Sequence record: OR805295.1
DNA length: 64,000 bases
Strand: one strand, 5' to 3'
Under the pieces are notes generated by a model. It worked only from the letters and a program-made list of their open reading frames with translations. It was not told the DNA's origin and did not search any database. A program made the position numbers and the translations under genes. This document shows positions 33,195 through 45,158 of the stretch, in pieces (position 1 is the stretch's first letter; every line of letters starts with the position of its first letter).

Positions 33195-34022
33195 ACTTAT
33201 CTCTTCAGAAGTAAATCAAATTAAAAAATCCACCCACCCCGGTGGCACCCGCAACGGCTTAACACTATATAACGTACATGACCAACCTATAATAGAAATA
33301 AAGATCCAAAAAATAATATCCCGTGCATATGTGCGTGCAAACTACGATAAGTTGTGTAATGAAATCTGCATTCTTCATATGCAAAGTCAAACAACTTTAA
33401 TATCTACCACACGGAACTCACTAGTAATCTTCACTTCCCACTATATAGTTCACTCTATCATATGAACCTAATCCCCGCACTGCAAAATAAAACTAGATAT
33501 ATATCCCAATTTGATACTACTTATCGTTTAATTAACTCAGATAGAAAATGCTTTTATCTTATAACACGCAAGAACAAAAAGACCACAGTAGACATAGACT
33601 ATAATATCTTCAATGATATTTTCGGTATATTACATTTACAGTCTAAAACACATATACTAAGACGTTCATATAACGTAATACAAGTACATGATGTATATTC
33701 TAATTTAACACATTTTGCCATAGCTCGGCAATAACCATAAATGAAATTTATTATAACATTACAATCATACACAACTACAATACAGTTTCTAACTAATGAT
33801 TTTATATTATATTCTGATAGAAATAGATTATTAGAATTAGGTATATACAATAACAAATTCAACTGTTACATACATATCAATAATTTTAATAATAACAATA
33901 TAATCATGTGTTATCTTCAGCATATAATTTATACAATACACATTCATCCCTTTGTTTTATCGATGTGTAATAGTAATTGGTTATCAGTTAATACAAAATG
34001 TTATTCAAGAAGACTTTACTAA
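33181..34022 (+). other. Three ILxLQ family ORFs (33181-33465, 33462-33734, 33741-34022)
   Basis: CILHMQSQT, GILHLQSKT, MKFIITLQSYT. Confidence 0.7.
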
Positions 34023-34063
34023 AGCAATGAAGATGAATGATAGAAATCACTACACTATAACTA

Positions 34064-34519
34064 ATGAGTGATAATACTCTAATAGATAGAAACTATAGTG
34101 TACAAATAATGAGTGATAATACTAATAGAAGCTATAGTATACAAATAATGAGTGATACCAATAGATGGTGAATAATGAGTGATACTGAGTGATACTAATA
34201 AGATAGTGATAGTGTACAAATAATGAGTGAATTATATAGTACATATTTCGGTGAATACTGATATAATATCAATAGATAGCTATAGTGTACAAATAATGAA
34301 TGATAATACTAATAGATAGTGATACTGATATAATATCAATAGATAGCTATAGTGTACAAATAATGAATGATAATACTAATAGATAGTGATACTGACAGAT
34401 AGCTATAGTGTACAAATAATGAGTGATAATACTGATAGATACTAATACTAATACTGATACTAATAGATAGCTATAGTGTACAAATAATGATTGAATTATG
34501 TAGTACATATTTCGGTGAA
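34064..34519. repeat. Iteron-like AT-rich direct repeat array
   Basis: Seven copies of ATAGT(G/A)TACAAATAATGA; perfect 67-bp tandem 34255-34388. Confidence 0.9.
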
Positions 34520-34896
34520 CCCTAACATCACCAAAGAAAGAAGGACCAAAATTTTGGAAATCTTGCTCTATAGGTCCCATTCATTTTCTTCCCAGTTACA
34601 TTTATATTCTTTCCATTTCTAACCATTTTTATAGATTTTTTTTGGAAAAATCCGTTTTCTGCTATATAGGGACCTTTTTATAAAATATAAGTTCTTTTTC
34701 AATAAAAAATATTTTTTTTGAAAATTTCCAATTCTTGCTATATAGGCCGGTTTCATTATATATACCCGTTTGCATAACATATACGGAATATAGTATGCTA
34801 TACGTATATAAACCGTGACTCTAGACAACTCACTTACTGTACGCTCGTTAATATAATTCCATTTCGTAGTATAACGTATATACAGGAAAGCTAGGT

Positions 34897-37484
34897 ATGG
34901 ATTTGATACTATTTCTTCAACATAATACTGTAGAGATGGACTATAGTGAATGGTACGTTCGTCTTAACAACAAGAATGGAAATAATATAGCTATGATTAC
35001 AGGTAACGGTATTAGACTGTATTATAGAAATATCAATTGCTTACTTGGTATTCTTCATTTACAATACTGTAATTATAATTTTTTCAAGTATATGGGCAAT
35101 TATATTTCTTTTACATTTGTTGAAAATAATAGGTTTGTACATGAAATATATGTTGATTTGAAATAATATATGGATTTCATACTATTACTTCAATCTCATT
35201 GCAATGAGATTGTATATACCAATCAAATCATTGATATGCTCAATGCGCATAATAGGCAGTTCGTATATGGAATTACGTTGCCTATGGGAAGAAAACATGT
35301 GTCATATAATGCATATTGTTTGTATAATAATTTATGTGATGTGATAGGGTTATTGCATATGCAATCTATACTATCGTTAATAGAAGTTAAACATTTAAAA
35401 ACATTTTCTGGTAAAACAGATATTATTGTTAATATGGTGTTTGTTAACGGTTATCTTCAACATGCTATATTCTAATAGTTGTGTCTAATATATGGACTTA
35501 ATATTATTATTTCAGTCTCGTTGTTGTAAGATTTGGTATTCAGATTATATTATAGATATGATCGACTATAGTGATTATACTATAGTATCGTTATTACGCC
35601 CGCCGAATGGGCGTATGTATGCCTATTGTTCGTGTAATAGTATAAACAACGAAACTAGTATAATGCATTTGCAGAATAGCATACATTCATTACAAATAAG
35701 TTATAGTACCCGTTTTATAATGTGTCGTATGACTAATGTGTATGAAGATCTAATTCAATATATTAGTATACTTTAGTAATGTATTTTATCTTGTTTATAC
35801 AGAGATTGTGTTGTTCGATTAGAAGGGCTTCACATGGATTCGATATTTTTGATACAAATGAAGTAGCATATTCATTAATAGATCATAATGGTTTCAGTAT
35901 GAAACATTTCGTTTCATACTCTGTTATAAATGATGTAATAGGAATTATACATTTACAAGTGCATACAAATAAGTTATATTTTCTTCATGAAAAACATCAA
36001 ATGGATATGATTTGTTTTCTAGATAGTAAAGGCGGTCATTTTTTTAGTTTGTAGAGGACGGAATTTGTGTTATTAATATTAATGCTTCAGCGTAATGTCG
36101 AATGGATTCTTTATACTGATTGTGAAATTCGACTTGTTCTGCCCGATTATAACACGTTATATCGTTTTCTAAATCAGAAAAAGAACATTAATGGGTATCT
36201 AAATTGCCATGCTAGTAATGACATTGTAAGTACATTTTATTTACAGTACAATTGCGATACTATATCATTTAGTAGATTTGATGAATTTATGATACTAAAC
36301 CACAATGGCGTAACAATTTATGGCTGGTGACTAGCATGGATATTATATTGATTCTTAGTAATGAAGTTATAAGAATACAAGGTTGTTTTTATGATATAGA
36401 AACTTTACAAATAAGGTTCTTCAATAAATACGACTCAATATATTTTTGTAATAAAATGGGAGGATTTGTTAACTATAAAACATTTCCCAATGAACTATTA
36501 TGTATAATTCATTTGCAGCAGAATACACATAGGTTGATAACACACAGTAAATGTATATTTTTTGATAGTGTAGATTTTATTTCTATTCACTGGGAGACTT
36601 TGTTTGACACAAACGAATATGTATAATGATATGAATTATATATTACTAATTAGTAACCAGTCTAAATATATTTCGTTGAAGGCACTTGGATTAACTGTAA
36701 AAACACGTGAACCAAGGTTAACTCATTATATTATATTTTAAATATGAACGAAGAATATGATATATTATATTTGTCTAACAATACTATGCAAATAACATTT
36801 CGTTTTTCAGTATATTGTTTTTATGATAAAACTCGTAGTATTATATATTGTCAATAAGACAGAAATATAAATGGATTTAATATTAACACTTCAACATAAA
36901 ACTGTGCTAATATCACAGTTTAGTGCATTATTTGTATTTCAAAATATAAACAGTGATACTATATTTTGTTTGGATATAGGTAAACATGTATATTATTTTG
37001 AAATAATATTCAGGTTATATAATAACAAGAATGGCATGGTGTATTTGCAACATGCCATTAATTCTATTAAGTTTACCCTTAGTTTATATTATCATACAAT
37101 TCATGGATATTCTAGTATGCCATCTATATATATGTATGATAAAAAATATGCTATTGTACACGTACCATATGTTAGGAATACTTAATGGATCTTATATTAT
37201 ACATTCAGTACAGTGCTCATAAAATAGAAACTGTTTATAAATCATATCTATTTTATAGTAATAACTATTCACTTTATTACAGACTGTCTGTATATAAGAG
37301 ATTATTGGTACCATCAGGTAGTAAATCATATGCAAGGGCTTCGGCTGAATATTCTGCTATTACAGACAAAATAGGAATGATACACCTACAATCGAAAACA
37401 CACGTAATATTATTTATTAATGACGGTATGTGCATTCACGACAAATCGTATCAAACACTCCATTATATTATACCAAAGTTATAA
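34897..37484 (+). other. Eight two-unit ILxLQ family ORFs (34897, 35170, 35492, 35779, 36067, 36327, 36871, 37185)
   Basis: Mostly MD(L/F)IL-x-(L/F/I)Q starts plus internal G(I/L/M)(L/I)H(L/M)Q. Confidence 0.8.
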
Positions 37485-37716
37485 TGTTCATAAGTTTTAT
37501 TCCGCCTGTTGCAATGTTGATACGACTACAATCAAATCTACATATTATCTGTTTTGATTCTATTTATGATAGTATAGTGTTTTGTGATAAAGACGGTGAC
37601 GAAATACATTGCTGCTTATGGTAGCGTGTTTGCATTTAACGCAAAAACATGTTATACAGTATTGTTTGTTGAGTATTTTGACATTGTTGTTTCTAAAAAT
37701 CTTTTAAAGGATTAAT

Positions 37717-40700
37717 ATGCATAATATATTTAAATTATCATATTGTACAAATATGTTTAAATTTAAAGTATTATGGGATCAAAAAGTATACCTATGCTCG
37801 TTTATGTCATTGCGGTATACTACCCTATATATTTCTGCAGGTCGTATCAGATAAATGGTAACAAATATATTAGAATTAATGTATGTATGTCACCATACAT
37901 ATAATATAACAACTAACGGCTACTATAACATTATCTTCTTAAATAAAGATAATAATATTATCTTTGTTTTGTATTAAAACAAATGGGAATATTTCTCTTA
38001 TCACGCAATACTTGCTACATTTGTGTTATACATGTCAGACGTATTGTATACAAGATTAAAATGTATGACAGACATGGCAATTATGTGTTTACAATTAATG
38101 TTATCTAAGAACATATTAAATTATATAGAATTTGGTTGTATGTAATACTGTTTAATAATGACAACAGATATTGATAAAATAACATACATTTCATTTAACT
38201 CATGCTATATATCAGTTAATCGTTTTAGTGTTATTATATATTATGAGTACGGTAGATTGATTTTATATGATGATACCCCCGGGCTTATATAAGAACGTAT
38301 TCTACATACAGTATAATGTGCGTCATATCAGCATATATTATTTTGATGCATGTGAATGTAATATATTACAAGTAGAATGCAATAATTTTCTTACTCTAAC
38401 ATATAAATTAAATGAAAAAACCAATAAGTAATGTGGTTGAATTATCGTTTAATACGCACTGGTTTAATACCAATTATATAGCTAGTGCTCACTGTTTAAT
38501 ACTTTATAATGCGTCGTCATATCCTATACATTATGTTCGTTTACACACAAACAGGCGTTAACACTTATGTTGCCGGTATCAATTCATAATATAGTTTGTA
38601 TTCAACACTATCTTAATAGATGGTATACTAGAATATCCACAACAGGTATTAATGTGTATTCAGATTCATATGTTAGAATTAGAATAAATGTTCATAAATA
38701 AAAATATTATAAATTATGATATATTGCAGGTATCTTCATGCGCACATAGAATAGATTCATCGCTATGTAGCACATATCTATTGGCATGCATTTATAATAG
38801 TAATGAAAAAATTATTATAATTAGTGTTGCATATCTAAGATGAATGGTATAAAAGATATAATAGAATTTTCATCGCATGCATACGAAATATGTGCAAATA
38901 CAGCAAGACTTAGAGATATAGTATACTACTCGATACTCATAAAAGCAAAAGACGGTCTTGCATTTTATATGGTAGACTCGTTTGCATATATAACATGACC
39001 AGTATCCTTGAATGTTCTTACAACACTTCTAATATTGTGTTTCGTTTTTGTAAAAACAGTGACATTTTAGTTGTGAACTTTCTAAACAAAAATGCTGACA
39101 TACATTTCATTGTAATAATTAGATACAAATAAACATATCGTTAATTACTAATACATAGGAGAGTAATAAATGAATAGAGAAGCAAAGAAAAATGTTTCTA
39201 TATTTGTTATTCAGAATCATACTTTTAGAGTTCATGTTGTGCGATATGATCCTGCGAGAATTTCAATATATCTCTCACTTGTGCATAATTGCGTTGCATC
39301 TTAAGAACTATATCTGTATAATGTAGGTTACATTTACATGTATAGGATTATCTTTCATATAATATATGCTTATTAACTATACGACATGTATTGAATTACT
39401 TTATAGTATTGTATGATTCGTAAAAATATAGTTCTAATATCACATAACACGTCAAAAATAATATTAGAAAGAAGAACAAGTAAAGTATTACGTGTTTCTA
39501 TGTTTAAATCAATTGGAAAATACTACTACCATTATTATACGGCGTGTGGAAATATATAATGCAAGATCATCATTTCACTACACTGTTGTATATGTCTAAT
39601 CGTGCAGATAGAATAAAGATTTTTCGACAGCCTTCCTGTCTTATTGTATATATTAAGTCAGGTATGTTATATATTAATAAACAATTTTTAAAATGTTAGA
39701 ATATATAGATACTCTCAAATATAATTACATTTTAACTGTATGCAGCGGTGTAGAGTCTATATCATTCGAATCATTTACTAGATCAGTAATATCAGTTTCC
39801 ATAATATATAATAATATTACTATCTTTCCATGTCAAACCACACGAACTATACTGTATGGTGTATAATCTTATTTTTATTTCTTTTAATGTTTCTTTAATT
39901 AGTTTTTCTATTTTTAATAAAACATTTGAAGTTTATATTTATGGAAAAATGTTATTGGTAATTTATTATACAGGACTGCATATATGTTAGATATATTGCT
40001 ACGGTTCCAACGCAGAGTGGATACAATTAAGGTGGAGTTAATATGGCGTCACTTGCATTTTTATGAAAAAGCCGGCGAGGAGTTAGAGTTATTTCATATT
40101 ATATTTCTGCCGCCCGATCACCGAAGTATTAATTAACAAAAACAAGTTGTATTTTTCGGCATAAAAATTTATGAATAAAGATACAAACAAAGAATCACCT
40201 ATTATTAAAGAATTATATTTTATATTAAGATTGTAAGTAAAATAAAATACTTTTAGAATCTAAAACTAAAATGATCGATTGGGTATTTAAATTGTCTGCT
40301 AGTTGCTACGAAATAGACGGACAACACAGTGAGTCAATAAGAATATATAATTCATATTGTCTTTTAGGAACTATACAATGTTATTGTGCTCAGTTAAAAA
40401 TAAATTTATATAAATTTTAATATTGTGGGAAGAATTCTTTTAAATAGGCATACTATATGAATGATCTATTACACTACCAACTCACATTATGTTCCATATC
40501 TTTGCAGAAAGCTCTTTTTAAGTCAGGCAATGTGTATTACATTCTAATTGAACGTAACGACAGCGGTAGGTATTCCCGAGATGTAAAAATACTTAAATGA
40601 TATGCGTATATTTGTAATATCACAAAATTGTATGACTATCAGACTTTTTTATCATACATATTTCATTAAAGATGTAAATTATGATTCAATTTGTGTATTA

Positions 40701-41120
40701 TATAAAACGAATAGTAGAATTGTAATACATCCGAGTTTTACAGTAGATGAATATATTCGATCTGTCTTATAATTCTTCATTTATTTTGATGAAATCGAAT
40801 AGATTATACATTAGTAACTATAATTATTCTGTAGGGGCTACATATGTATTACCTGCAATAACAAAATATATACATCAAACATTCTATGTAAACGCTGCAA
40901 TATATAGATTTTTAGATACAGGTATACTAGTATGAAATTCAATATATTTAAATTGCAAAGAGGATGTCACTTTATAGATTGTCATTTTTATGACATTCTT
41001 AGATTTTCAAAACCTACATATTTTCGAGATGCTGATAGAATAACTATATTTTCATTAATAGGTACTAATAGTATCAGAATTTACGAGGATATGTATAAAG
41101 GATATGCACAAACCATATGA
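37717..41120 (+). other. Head-to-tail array of single-unit micro-ORFs (40-62 aa)
   Basis: Hand-translated: 37717-37854, 37855-37977, 37983-38108, 38158-38292, 38270-38431, 38412-38561, 38567-38701, 38688-38843, 38840-38998, 38995-39132, 39170-39304, 39559-39699, 39693-39866, 39984-40136, 40271-40420, 40457-40600, 40602-40772, plus track ORFs 40747 and 40932. Confidence 0.7.
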
Positions 41121-41428
41121 TTGAAATATTAATATTTTCGAGTGCTAGTGATTATATTAGTATAAGACATGATATGGCACGGCTATATAATCTTAATGGT
41201 GTTAGTGAATTAATATTTGTATCAAAACCATACAAATATATTATATTAACTAATTTAAAAAATCATATAGGTATATTCTGTATTTCAAATATAATAAGTG
41301 AAAGGGTGATGGGAGATATTACTAGTAACGAATGTTGGGCTTATCCTTGGCCTCCAGATACTGGCATAGATGTATATATTGATTTCCTGTATAAAAATGA
41401 TGAGCTTTCTACTAAACACACAATATAA
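41117..41428 (+). CDS. Two-unit ILxLQ family protein
   Basis: EILIFSSASDYI...GIFCISNII. Confidence 0.6.
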   Translation: MIEILIFSSASDYISIRHDMARLYNLNGVSELIFVSKPYKYIILTNLKNHIGIFCISNIISERVMGDITSNECWAYPWPPDTGIDVYIDFLYKNDELSTKHTI

Positions 41429-41464
41429 CCATAGACAAATAAGTGCATTATGCTAATATATACA

Positions 41465-41870
41465 TGCTTACTAAATAGTTACTTGTTAAGTAAGTTAAAA
41501 AGTCTGTAACAGTGATGTTACAGGATACACAGGCAAATACGGTTGGAAGATGCTGTGTAAAGAACAAATATCCAGCTCATTCCTAGGCATTATAGCCTAC
41601 ACAATATACTTGAATGGGCATAAAAACTTCCAAAGAACCTTCGAAATTTTCTCATAGGATAGTGTATTAGAAGGAATGCACTATCAGGAAGCTGTAGGTG
41701 ATGGTTGCTATCCCAGACAGTCCTTTCTAAAATACTTTAATATGATATAAAGTTCTATGCAACCGTATACATGCTGTAAGATATTAGATTACACCATGTA
41801 TTAAACGTAAAAGCAAAACCTTCAGTTAGTAATCTCGCAGTGAAGGGGGTAGGTGAGTGCTACCCAAACT
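41465..41870 (+). ncRNA. Candidate structured ncRNA or long leader
   Basis: TAGACA-16-TGcTAATAT promoter, no ORF, several hairpins. Confidence 0.45.
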
Positions 41871-41908
41871 CAACAAACAACTAATGGTCTAGAAAAGGTA
41901 TAGTATAC

Positions 41909-42316
41909 ATGCAACATACTCACATTCGTTTCTACAACGAAGAAACTCAACAGATCGATAACCGCCGTGGCGCTACTGTTGCCTGGGAAACCGCCGGCAA
42001 CAAGATCCGTATTTCCGTGGCAGCATGTTCGGAAATGGATAACTTCAACCGCAAGACCGGACGTGAACATGCTGCTAGCCGTCTCGAAAGCGGCGACTAC
42101 ATCGAGTTTAACGGCACCGAACTTCTCAATGCACAAATGTCTTCTGTAAGTCATGTGCAGTCTGAAGGTCTCGTTCGTGCTATGTGCTTCTTGCTAGCAC
42201 AAGGCAAAGGCGATCTGTATTACCCTGCAAGCGAAGGTCAGCTTCGCAGCGAAGCCGAGTGCAATAGCTACAACGCCCTCGAGTACCTGAAACACCAGAT
42301 GGGCATTCATCAGTAA
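41909..42316 (+). CDS. Hypothetical protein with host-like codon usage
   Basis: GATVAWE...VAACSEMDNFNRKTGR; GC-rich. Confidence 0.85.
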   Translation: MQHTHIRFYNEETQQIDNRRGATVAWETAGNKIRISVAACSEMDNFNRKTGREHAASRLESGDYIEFNGTELLNAQMSSVSHVQSEGLVRAMCFLLAQGKGDLYYPASEGQLRSEAECNSYNALEYLKHQMGIHQ

Positions 42317-42330
42317 GTATTCGGCCATTC

Positions 42331-42371
42331 GGAATTGCGATTTAGGTTTTGGAATTCTAAATCGCAATTCC
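42331..42371. repeat. Perfect 15-bp inverted repeat
   Basis: GGAATTGCGATTTAG-11-CTAAATCGCAATTCC. Confidence 0.85.
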
Positions 42372-42592
42372 GGTTTCCAAATTCAATTTTAGGCACAAAC
42401 TCGGATCCGCATTTGCATTTTGCATTTACATTTTGTGTTCTGAGTGTATATGCAAAATGCAATCGCGCATGTTGTCGATGCATTGGCTAATCTTTTATTT
42501 TTGATAGTTTAGAAAAGATTAAGAACAGAAACTATCTGTAAATTAATAAAAATAACATTTACATTACATACACATATGCATATACTATATAC

Positions 42593-42870
42593 AAGTTATG
42601 CGCTGTTGCATACGTAAATACCTCCTATGTTGTTTAGATATGTCGATTCTGGTATAACCAGATAGACCTAAGGATGATGCTAGTGATTCCTTAGTATTGT
42701 ATATTCTAGCTGAGTATAAAGAGTAAGGGGCTTTATACAAATAACAATTCCCTAGGCAAGATATACCGCTCCGTTGTGCTGACGAGCATAATTTGCCCAG
42801 ATACAGAGCACGTGACTGGTCTGAGGAGCATTTATATCAGAAAGGCAGACTTATGTTTGCCTTTCTTTTT
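42593..42870 (+). ncRNA. Candidate ~275 nt ncRNA
   Basis: TTTACA-17-TATACT (42558-42586) and terminator at 42839-42870; no convincing ORF. Confidence 0.55.
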
Positions 42871-42889
42871 GAGCAGATATTCTCTTATT

Positions 42890-42973
42890 CACTTCCTTAT
42901 TCATTTCCTTATTCATCTCTATTTCATTTGTCACTTCCTTATTCATTTCTTTATTCATCTCTATTTCATTTGT
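42890..42973. repeat. 2 x 42-bp pyrimidine-rich direct repeat
   Basis: CACTTCCTTATTCATTTC(C/T)TTATTCATCTCTATTTCATTTGT twice. Confidence 0.9.
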
Positions 42974-42980
42974 TATTGCA

Positions 42981-43092
42981 AATAAGACTAATTCTTATTT
43001 GCGTTTGTAATTTCATTTGTTATTGTAAATAAGACTAATTCGTATTTGCATTTGCAACGAAAAAGAATATGCAAATAATAACTAATCTTATT
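42981..43092. promoter_or_regulatory. Three Fur-box-like 19-mers
   Basis: AATAAGACTAATTCTTATT, AATAAGACTAATTCGTATT, AATAATAACTAATCTTATT. Confidence 0.65.
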
Positions 43093-43267
43093 TGCATTTG
43101 CACTGCCTATTATATGGATTGGTAGCATACTTGGAAATGGATAGTAAATAAGTAGTTGATTTGTTTATAAATTTTAATTCTATATCGTACTGATTGACCT
43201 TGCTATATATAGCTCGCGCGCGTATACAAGATGGTAAAAAATAATTTAAAAATATTTTAAAAAATGC

Positions 43268-43391
43268 TTGACTTTCCATTACTACGACCTTAAAGTGCGA
43301 ACTGTAGACGCAGTGTGTAGAGCGCTACATAGTAAGCAACGCAGAAAGTAAACAAAAAATGCTTGACGCAATGCAAACTAGGCTCTACACT
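43268..43391 (+). promoter_or_regulatory. Two tandem sigma70 promoters
   Basis: TTGACT-17-TAAAGT and TTGACG-17-TACACT, each with A-tract UP element. Confidence 0.85.
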
Positions 43392-43474
43392 GTATACAAG
43401 CTTAAGGGGTAGGTGCCCCGAAAGTGTAGTAAGTAAACAACATAATCCTTCCATCAGCTACAGAGGTATACAAC

Positions 43475-44179
43475 ATGTCCGTACATATCACTCGTCAACG
43501 TACCGACAAACAACACGTCCTGGCACTGGCAATCAACGGCGTGGTCATCGGCCAGACTATGGCCACTTACACCACCCCGAGCAAGCGCACCTGGTCGGCG
43601 ACCGCCGAAGTCGAACTGGCAGACGGCACAGTCGTACAGTTCGAGCAGAAAGAAGTGTTCAGCGCGATCCGCATCACCCGCGAAATCGAGCAGGCGCTCG
43701 ACGGCAAGGAACTGGCGGCCAAGTACACCCCGGAACCGAAAGTTCCCGGGCAGAAGGGTCCGAAACCGCTCACCGACGAAAGCCGGCTCAGCAACGCGAT
43801 CGCGATCGTCAAGGCGGCCATCACCCACACCGGCTTCGACGAAGCTACCCTGGTGTTCGACGGGGTCGACAAGGCCAACTTCGAGCAGAACAGCACTTCC
43901 GTCGGCAACAAGCTGCGTCGCCTGGGCTTCGTCTTCGAACTCGGCGCCGGCAAGGCGAACAGCGGCAAGGGCTTCCTGATCAACCGCAAAGCGCAGGCCG
44001 AGGCAGAAGCTGCCGAACGCAAGGCCAAGCGCGATGCCGAGAAGAAGGAACGCGAAGAAAAAGCAGCGGCTGCCAAGCGCGAAGCTGACGAACGCAAGGC
44101 CAAGCGTGAAGCCGAACGCGCCGAAAAGGTCGCTGAAAAGAACGCAGCGATCGCTGGCGCAGCGCAGGAAAGCAAGTAA
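43475..44179 (+). CDS. Early protein with Ala/Lys/Glu-rich tail; paralog of 61748
   Basis: INGVVIGQ...FSAIRI domain; GC-rich codons; AGAGG RBS. Confidence 0.9.
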   Translation: MSVHITRQRTDKQHVLALAINGVVIGQTMATYTTPSKRTWSATAEVELADGTVVQFEQKEVFSAIRITREIEQALDGKELAAKYTPEPKVPGQKGPKPLTDESRLSNAIAIVKAAITHTGFDEATLVFDGVDKANFEQNSTSVGNKLRRLGFVFELGAGKANSGKGFLINRKAQAEAEAAERKAKRDAEKKEREEKAAAAKREADERKAKREAERAEKVAEKNAAIAGAAQESK

Positions 44180-44194
44180 TTGCCCAACTGCGCC

Positions 44195-44223
44195 GAAAGG
44201 GGGAGCTATTGCTCCCCCTTTCT
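44195..44223. terminator. Intrinsic terminator
   Basis: GAAAGGGGGAGC-tatt-GCTCCCCCTTTTC. Confidence 0.85.
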
Positions 44224-45158
44224 TCATGACCACACAATCTGTATACTACTATGTCTTTAACTATATTTTCTATATCAGCTAATTTGTATACAATAATTTG
44301 GTATTCTGCGCAAGTGACACAATGCTGTTATATAGACATAATAACACGCGACACTAATATTTTTATAACCTATCCATTTTATAATAACATATTTGTATCT
44401 AAAATTAGTTCTAATACAACACTTTAAGGAAAATATGAACACTATATTAGAGATAAGTAGTGGAATAAGAAATGACTATATAACAGTCAATAATTTTACA
44501 TATGACTACTATCTAGAGGTAAACACACCTGCGTTTTCTTTAATGATAATTATTCCGACAGTTCCTATATTAGACAATACTTGCATTACTTTTATAAAAA
44601 AGTATTAATATGAATATATTCTTTATATCAAACGGTCTATCTAATATAATATATCACAAAGATAATTTGATACAACATGATATACATATGATAGATATTG
44701 AGATTAATAATTCTACTGTTATTTGGCTTACATATTCTTTCAATATTCCTAAGGTATCATTTAAATATATTATCTAATTCATTTTCTTATTGTATGAATT
44801 GCAATTGCAAATTACTCTTATTTGTAAATGCATATAAACAATCAGTTGCTATTAAAAGTATTTGCTGTTAATATATTATATAACAGTGCAATTGATATTT
44901 TAAAATACAGTGTGCAATACATCTTACATGTATTAAAATTTGTGTGTTACTTGTTTTGCATTAATGATTAATATACCTCTCATACAGTACAAAACTCATA
45001 CTATAAACAATTTGTTCGGGCGATCGTTCTCAAAATGTATACAAGTGCGAGATGACAATCTAATTTTACTTGTTAGTTTTTATATAGAAGGTTCTAAATA
45101 TAGAAAATTTGTATATAACAACCAATGCCTTGCCAATGCCTTGAAGGGATTTTAGTAT

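Noticed and set aside
34064-34519. CRISPR array
   Set aside because: Spacers are irregular and built from repeated sub-units, not unique; no cas genes
34347-34828. Minus-strand ORFs 34347 and 34619
   Set aside because: Products of repeats and homopolymer runs
25372-41428. Diversity-generating retroelement as source of variation
   Set aside because: No reverse transcriptase or TR/VR pair with A-specific differences seen in this window
42779-42846. Hammerhead ribozyme (CTGACGAG, CTGAGGAG...GAAA)
   Set aside because: No paired stem II before GAAA; the GAAA belongs to the terminator
43363-44282. Overlapping long ORFs 43363+, 43454-, 43567-, 43980-, 44034+
   Set aside because: Shadow frames of GC-rich 43475, which has the RBS and a paralog
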